A stretch of DNA of 64,000 nt, from the NCBI GenBank assembly GCA_963841735.1, contig CAWJDT010000004.1, positions 128,001-192,000 on the forward strand, read 5' to 3'. Below, piece by piece: positions 58,301-64,000 of the stretch. The first letter of the stretch is position 1, and the number at the start of each line of letters is the position of its first letter. This DNA is from an uncultured Actinomycetes bacterium. GTDB lineage: Bacteria > Actinomycetota > Thermoleophilia > RBG-16-64-13. Position numbers and translations under genes: made by a program. Below the pieces are notes generated by a model. The model was not told the origin of the DNA and made no database searches. It worked only from the letters and a program-made list of their open reading frames with translations.

Positions 58301-60558
58301 AGACAACCGGGCGGGCGGCGGATGAGGCGGTGGTTACCGACGACGCCGGGCTGCAACAGGCCGGTGAATGGCCCAAGGCCGTGGCTGACCTATTCCTGAA
58401 GATCGAGAAGTACAATCCCGCTCTTGACCGAGAGCTGATCGGCCGGGCCTACAGAGTAGCTGAGGAACAACACGGCTCCCAACGTAGGGCGAGCGGCGAA
58501 GCGTATATCAATCACCCCATCGGGACTGCGGTCATCTGTGCCGACTTAGGGCTAGACAGCGCGACCATAGCGGCTGCTTTGTTGCACGACGTGGTCGAAG
58601 ACACCGGCATGTCCAGTGAGAGTATCCGCGAGCAGTTTGGCGACGAGGTGGCTCTGCTGGTGGACGGAGTTACCAAACTGTCGCAGCTGTCGTTCACCAC
58701 GGCCGAGGAGCAGCAGGCCGAGAACATCCGCAAGATGATCGTGGCTATGGCGAAGGACATCAGGGTGATCCTGATCAAGCTGGCCGACCGCCTGCACAAC
58801 ATGCGCACGGTCGGCTACTTGGGCAAAGACAAGCAGATCCAGAAGGCCAAGGAGACGCTCGAGGTATACGCGCCCCTGGCGCACCGGCTGGGAATCGAAT
58901 CCATCCGCTGGGAGCTGGAGGACTTGGCCTTCTCGACGCTGCATCCGCGGAAGTTCTCCGAGATCCAACGTATGGTCGCTCAGCGCCGCGGCGATCGAGA
59001 ACGGGACATGGAGGAGGCAAAGAACATCCTCTCGCGGGAATTGGGGGCGGTAGGCATCGAAGCCGAGGTGGCCGGCCGCACCAAGCACTTCTACTCGATC
59101 TACGACAAGATGGTCCGCAAAGGCAAGGAGTTCAACGAGATCTTCGATCTGACCGCTCTGCGGGTGCTCGTCGAGTCGGTGAAAGACTGCTACGCGGTGC
59201 TCGGGATCATACACTCCCTCTGGAAGCCACTTCCCGGCCGCTTCAAGGATTTTGTGGCCATGCCTAAGTTCAACATGTACCAGTCATTGCACACAACAGT
59301 GATGGGACCCCAGGGTAAGCCGCTCGAGATACAGATCCGCACATATGAGATGCACGAGACGGCCCAGTACGGCATCGCTGCGCATTGGATGTACAAAGAG
59401 CGCGGAGCCCGGGGAGGCCAGCGCGGCGATGGGCACATGGAGAAGCTGCAATGGTTGCGGCAGATCATGGATTGGCAGTCGGAGACGAAGGATGCCGGCG
59501 AATTCATGGAGGCGCTGCACATAGACCTGTTTCGAGACGAGGTCTACGTCTTCACCCCCAAGGGCGAGGTAAAGAACCTTCCGGCTGGTTCCACCCCTGT
59601 GGATTTCGCCTACGCCATTCATACGGACGTGGGCCACAGCTGTATCGGGGCGAAGGTCGACAACCGCATCGTGCCCCTTACCTACCGGCTTCAGTCGGGA
59701 GATATCGTCGAGATCCTCACGTCCCGAACTCCGCAGGGACCGTCGCGCGACTGGCTGCAGTTTGTCCAGAGTTCGGGAGCCCGCAACAGGATTCGGCAGT
59801 GGTTTAATCGCGAGAAGCGCGAAGACGCGGAGCATCTCGGCCGCGAGGCCCTGCTGGAGGCGTTTCGCAAGCAGGGACTGCCTGCCCAGCGACTTATGAA
59901 CTCAGACCTTCTGAGCGCGGTCATGACCGAGAGCAACATCACGAAGAAGGATGACTTCTTCGTGGCTGTGGGCTCAGGCAAGATCAGCCCGCAACATGTG
60001 GTGACCCGGGTAATCCAGGGCCTGGAACGCGCTGATGACGTGGCCTCGACCGCCATTACCCTGCCGGAGGCGTTGGCGAAGGACGGAAAGGACGGACGAC
60101 TCTCCAGCGAACTCGGCATTATCGTAGGCGACTCCACGGATGTCGCCGTGCGCTTGCCTCAATGCTGCCGGCCTGTGCCTGGGGATGATGTGGTGGGTTA
60201 CATTTCGCTTGGCCGTGGCATTACTGTGCACAGACGCGATTGCCCCAACCTTCGCGCGTTGGAGAAGAACCCGGAGCGGCTCATCAGTGTGGCCTGGGAT
60301 CCGAGCACCAAGGCCCCGTTGCGAGTCGAGGTCCAAGTGGAAGCTTACGATCGCGCTCATCTGCTGGAAGACATCTCGCGCACACTGAGCGAGAGCGGTG
60401 TCAGCATCATCGCGGCCCAGATCACCACGGCTCGTGACAGCATGGTGAAGGACAGGTTCGTGTTCGAGGTTCCGGAGATCGGGTACCTTGAGACGGTCCT
60501 ACAGAGGATCAGGCGGATAGACACGGTCTATGATGCCTACCGGGTCACTCCGCGCTAG
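58273..60558 (+). CDS. relA: Bifunctional (p)ppGpp synthetase/hydrolase Rel
   Basis: HDVVED, KLADRLHNMRT, RFKD, YQSLHT, EIQIRT, TGS (DFAYAIHT), CC.P.PGD and ACT domain. Confidence 0.97.
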   Translation: MFEALSDPLKTTGRAADEAVVTDDAGLQQAGEWPKAVADLFLKIEKYNPALDRELIGRAYRVAEEQHGSQRRASGEAYINHPIGTAVICADLGLDSATIAAALLHDVVEDTGMSSESIREQFGDEVALLVDGVTKLSQLSFTTAEEQQAENIRKMIVAMAKDIRVILIKLADRLHNMRTVGYLGKDKQIQKAKETLEVYAPLAHRLGIESIRWELEDLAFSTLHPRKFSEIQRMVAQRRGDRERDMEEAKNILSRELGAVGIEAEVAGRTKHFYSIYDKMVRKGKEFNEIFDLTALRVLVESVKDCYAVLGIIHSLWKPLPGRFKDFVAMPKFNMYQSLHTTVMGPQGKPLEIQIRTYEMHETAQYGIAAHWMYKERGARGGQRGDGHMEKLQWLRQIMDWQSETKDAGEFMEALHIDLFRDEVYVFTPKGEVKNLPAGSTPVDFAYAIHTDVGHSCIGAKVDNRIVPLTYRLQSGDIVEILTSRTPQGPSRDWLQFVQSSGARNRIRQWFNREKREDAEHLGREALLEAFRKQGLPAQRLMNSDLLSAVMTESNITKKDDFFVAVGSGKISPQHVVTRVIQGLERADDVASTAITLPEALAKDGKDGRLSSELGIIVGDSTDVAVRLPQCCRPVPGDDVVGYISLGRGITVHRRDCPNLRALEKNPERLISVAWDPSTKAPLRVEVQVEAYDRAHLLEDISRTLSESGVSIIAAQITTARDSMVKDRFVFEVPEIGYLETVLQRIRRIDTVYDAYRVTPR

Positions 60559-60606
60559 ACGTGGACGCGTGAGTCGGCCCCGGCGGCTCTGGTAAAATCC
60601 TGCTTC

Positions 60607-61242
60607 ATGGAAATGCTCTGCATACCCGTAGGCCCGCTCCAAGCCAACTGCTATTTGCTGTGGGACGACGCACGCCGAGGATGTTTGGTCGATCCCGGAG
60701 GCGAACCGGAGCGGCTTGTATCGGCGGCCGCTCGTGAGGGCGTGACCGTGGAGGCGATCCTGGTCACTCACGGCCATTTCGACCACATCGAAGGAGTTAG
60801 CGGGGTGGCGACGGCGACAAAGGCGACTGTGTACTGCTCAGCCACGGTCGCGCCGGTGTTGCGGGGAGTCGAAGGTTGCTCGGCTACCGGGTATCCGGTC
60901 CCCAGCATTGAGGCCGGGGGCATCACGGTGGTCACCGAAGACAAACCGATCGAGGTCGGCAGTCTATCTGTTGGGGTTATCTCCACACCTGGGCACACTC
61001 CAGGGGACGTCACCTACGAGATCGCCGGGCAACTCTTCTGCGGCGATCTGCTGTTTCGCGGCTCTGTGGGCCGTACCGACTTTCCCGGTGGAGACTTCGG
61101 TCAGTTGCTGCAGTCGGTGAGCAAGCTGGTGAAGCGCTATCCCGCGTCGACGCCGGTTCACCCTGGCCACATGGAGTCCACCACCTTGGGGATAGAGTTG
61201 GCGTCCAATCCCTTTCTTGTCGGACTGGGGTCTAATGGCTGA
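60607..61242 (+). CDS. MBL-fold metallo-hydrolase (glyoxalase II-like)
   Basis: NCY, VDPG, THGHFDH, TPGHTPG, GDLLF.GSVGRTD, PGH; TAAAAT 8 nt before ATG. Confidence 0.93.
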   Translation: MEMLCIPVGPLQANCYLLWDDARRGCLVDPGGEPERLVSAAAREGVTVEAILVTHGHFDHIEGVSGVATATKATVYCSATVAPVLRGVEGCSATGYPVPSIEAGGITVVTEDKPIEVGSLSVGVISTPGHTPGDVTYEIAGQLFCGDLLFRGSVGRTDFPGGDFGQLLQSVSKLVKRYPASTPVHPGHMESTTLGIELASNPFLVGLGSNG

Positions 61243-62542
61243 GCAGATCGGCGCACCGAAGGGCACGTATGACGTGCTCCCACAGGACCAGACGCTGCGG
61301 CGCTGGGTGGTGGCTTGTGCGGAGGATGTGTTCGAGCGCTTTGGCTACCGGCGCATCGACACTCCCATCTTCGAGGAAACCAGGCTGTTCTCTCGCGGAG
61401 TGGGGGAATCGACCGATATTGTCCGCAAAGAGATGTACACCTTCGAGGACCTAGGCGGGCGCAGCATGACGCTCCGCCCGGAAGGCACTGCCCCGGTGGC
61501 GCGCGCGTACGTGGAGCACGGCATGCACACGCTCGCTCAACCGGTGAAGCTGTACTATCACAGCCCCATGTTCCGGTACGAGAGTCCACAGTCAGGGCGT
61601 TACCGGCAGCACTTCCAGCTTGGAGTGGAAGCCATGGGATCGGAGGCGCCAGAACTCGACGCAGAAGTCATCGGTGTGTTGGCGGCCCTGTACAAAGCGC
61701 TGGGGCTGAAGGGGCTTGATCTGCGGCTGAACTCGATGGGATGCCCAGCCTGCCGCCCGGCCTACTCGAAGGTGCTGCGTACGTTCTTGGCTGAGCAGAC
61801 CGGCGTGCTCTGCCGGGAGTGTGTCGCCCGGGCAACGCTCAACCCTTTGCGGGTGTACGACTGCAAGGTGGACACTTGCCGGGCGGCCCTGGCAACGGGG
61901 CCACGCCTGACTGATCATTTGTGTGCCGCCTGCTTGGACCATCACGGTCGGGTGCAGCGCTGTCTGGAGATCCAGGACTTGGCGTACTCCAACGACGCTA
62001 CTTTGGTACGTGGGATGGACTATTACACCCGAACCACGTTCGAGTTCAGTTCGTCGCTCCTAGGGGCGCAATCGGGTGTGGGCGGGGGCGGCCGTTACGA
62101 CGATCTTGTGGCTGCCATCGGGGGGCCTGCTGTACCCGGGGTGGGTTTTGGCACGGGCATCGAGCGCATCCTTCTCAGTCTCGAGCGGTCCGGCGTCGGT
62201 GGCCCAGAGGCGCACAGTCCGTTGGTGTACTTGGTGGCTATGAGCGCCGCCGCGCGACAGGAGGTCTTCGCGCTTGCGCACGAGCTGCGCGGGGCTGGGG
62301 TACACACTGAGTTGGACTTCATGGCCAGGAGCGGCAAGGGCCAGATGAAGCAGGCCGGGCGGAGCGGAGCGCGGTACGCGTTCATCATGGGAGAAGAGGA
62401 GATGGCCGGCGGAACGGTGACGGTGCGCGATCTGCGGTCAGGCGAGGAGCAGCGCGTGCCCCGCGGTGCCGCGTCTGGCTTGGTGATAGCCGGGGAAGTC
62501 ACTGCGCGGCGATCAGGCAAAGAGATTATGGGAGAAGGATAA
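61235..62542 (+). CDS. hisS: Histidine--tRNA ligase
   Basis: PKGTYD, TPIFE, KEMYTF, LRPEGTA, FRYE.PQ.GRYRQ, RGMDYY, GGGRYD. Confidence 0.97.
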   Translation: MAEQIGAPKGTYDVLPQDQTLRRWVVACAEDVFERFGYRRIDTPIFEETRLFSRGVGESTDIVRKEMYTFEDLGGRSMTLRPEGTAPVARAYVEHGMHTLAQPVKLYYHSPMFRYESPQSGRYRQHFQLGVEAMGSEAPELDAEVIGVLAALYKALGLKGLDLRLNSMGCPACRPAYSKVLRTFLAEQTGVLCRECVARATLNPLRVYDCKVDTCRAALATGPRLTDHLCAACLDHHGRVQRCLEIQDLAYSNDATLVRGMDYYTRTTFEFSSSLLGAQSGVGGGGRYDDLVAAIGGPAVPGVGFGTGIERILLSLERSGVGGPEAHSPLVYLVAMSAAARQEVFALAHELRGAGVHTELDFMARSGKGQMKQAGRSGARYAFIMGEEEMAGGTVTVRDLRSGEEQRVPRGAASGLVIAGEVTARRSGKEIMGEG

Positions 62543-62545
62543 GCC

Positions 62546-64000
62546 GTGGCATATCGAGACGAATGGTGCGGGAACGTCCACGAAGACAAGGTCGGCAGCA
62601 AGATCAAGGTTGCCGGTTGGGTGCAGAGGCGCCGGGACCACGGGGGTCTGATTTTTGTCGACGTGCGCGACCGCACTGGGATATTGCAGTTGGTTTTCGA
62701 GGCGGAGAGCGGTGCGCCGGTGCACGAGCGCGCGCAGCTACTCCGGGGCGAGTACGTTCTGTCTGCTTTCGGTACGGTGGTGGCTAGGGCCGAAGAGCGT
62801 ATCAACCCCAATCTAAGCACCGGCATGGTGGAGATGGTGGTTGAAGAGCTGGAGATCCTTGCCGAGGCAGAAACGCCCCCATTCTTTCCAGAAGACGACG
62901 TCGAGGTGGACGAGACGCTGAGGTTGAAGTATCGCTACATCGATCTGCGCCGTCCGCGGATGTTCCGCAATCTAGAACTGCGCCACAGGGTTGTTCAGAA
63001 GGCGCGGCAGTACCTGGGCGATCTGGGTTTCCTGGAGGTAGAGACACCTATTCTCACGAAGAGCACTCCCGAAGGTGCTCGTGACTTTCTGGTGCCCTGC
63101 CGATTGCAGCCTGGGGAGTTCTACGCACTGCCTCAGTCGCCACAACTCTTTAAGCAGCTGCTGATGGTCGCGGGATTCGAGCGCTACTATCAGGTTGCCC
63201 GGGCTTTCCGCGACGAGGATCTGAGGGCCGACAGGCAACCGGAGCACACCCAGATCGACCTTGAGATGAGTTTCGTCGAAGAAGAGGACATCCAGCGGGT
63301 AGTGGAGGGCATGTTCGCCGGCATGTTCGAGGAGACTTTGGGCGTGCAACTCACGCTCCCGTTCCCGCGGTTGACGTATGCCGACGCGATGGCCCGCTAC
63401 GGCAGCGACAAGCCGGACTTGCGCTTCGGCATGGAGATCGTGGATGTCAGCGACCTGGCCGCAGCGGTGGAGTTCAAGGTCTTCGCCGACGCTGTGGCCG
63501 CCGGCGGGGTGGTGCGGGGTATCAGAGGCATCGGTGGAGCCGGGCTTTCCCGCAAGGATGTGGACGATTTGGCCGCGGGGGCTGCCGCACATGGGGCGCG
63601 CGGCCTTCTGCCCGTGTGGCTTGAAGAGGGTGGACCGCGCACCCCTCTGCAGAAGTTCCTCACCCCCAAGCAACTTGCCTCCTTCGTGGAGCGCTTGGGC
63701 GGGGAGACAGGAGATGTGCTGCTATTCGCCGCCGGTCCCAAGGCGGTGGTGGCACCCAGCATGGGGGCGGTGCGGCTTTCGTTGGCGCAGCGCCTCGCCG
63801 TTAAACGCGAGGGGTGGGCTTTCTCCTGGATCTTGGACTTTCCGATGTTCGAGTATGACGAGAGAGAAAAGCGGCTCAAGGCCCAGCATCACCCTTTCAC
63901 CAAGCCGAGACTGGACAATCTGCAGGACCTGCAGAAGCGACCCCTGGAGTTGGGCACTTATGCCTACGACCTGGTACTCAACGGGGTGGAGTTGGGTAGC
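62546..64000 (+). CDS. aspS: Aspartate--tRNA ligase, 3'-truncated by window edge (absent from the ORF track)
   Basis: GTG start MAYRDEWCG..AGWVQRRRDHGGLIFVDVRD, RLKYRYIDLR, STPEGARDFLVP, ALPQSPQLFKQLLM, FRDEDLRADRQPE, YGSDKPDLR, HHPFT, YDLVLNG.E. Confidence 0.97.
   Translation, partial: MAYRDEWCGNVHEDKVGSKIKVAGWVQRRRDHGGLIFVDVRDRTGILQLVFEAESGAPVHERAQLLRGEYVLSAFGTVVARAEERINPNLSTGMVEMVVEELEILAEAETPPFFPEDDVEVDETLRLKYRYIDLRRPRMFRNLELRHRVVQKARQYLGDLGFLEVETPILTKSTPEGARDFLVPCRLQPGEFYALPQSPQLFKQLLMVAGFERYYQVARAFRDEDLRADRQPEHTQIDLEMSFVEEEDIQRVVEGMFAGMFEETLGVQLTLPFPRLTYADAMARYGSDKPDLRFGMEIVDVSDLAAAVEFKVFADAVAAGGVVRGIRGIGGAGLSRKDVDDLAAGAAAHGARGLLPVWLEEGGPRTPLQKFLTPKQLASFVERLGGETGDVLLFAAGPKAVVAPSMGAVRLSLAQRLAVKREGWAFSWILDFPMFEYDEREKRLKAQHHPFTKPRLDNLQDLQKRPLELGTYAYDLVLNGVELGS

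Overview
High-GC, gene-dense chromosomal backbone, almost all on the + strand. By inference it comes from a monoderm actinobacterial lineage (Thermoleophilia-like): it has lipoprotein substrate-binding proteins, many apparently leaderless genes, and Gram-positive synteny such as rpmB/asp23/fakA/fakB/recG/rsmD/coaD and yebC-ruvCAB-que-yajC-secDF-recJ-rel-hisS-aspS. Most of the window is housekeeping: tRNA modification, DAP synthesis, riboflavin synthesis under an FMN riboswitch, DNA repair, protein export. Many single-base frameshifts at about 17.4-23.5, 32.4-43 and 47-50 kb break conserved or essential genes and are most likely long-read consensus errors. Best leads: (1) a type IV pilus filament module (two major-type pilins, a TPR lipoprotein, four core minor pilins) with a sigma28-like promoter and a 20-bp tandem-repeat box shared by its two main transcription units; (2) a uORF whose stop codon abuts a terminator directly upstream of a divergent EF-G paralogue, a possible ribosome-recycling-sensing attenuator; (3) a catalytically degenerate polysaccharide deacetylase divergent from two duplicated DUF4015-type hydrolases; (4) a Cys-rich orphan coupled to RNase Z and a CCA-less tRNA-Arg; (5) a phasin/UbiK-like coiled-coil gene paired with a UbiB/ABC1 kinase. 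I saw no CRISPR array, rRNA or mobile element. All calls come from reading motifs by eye; no database search was run.
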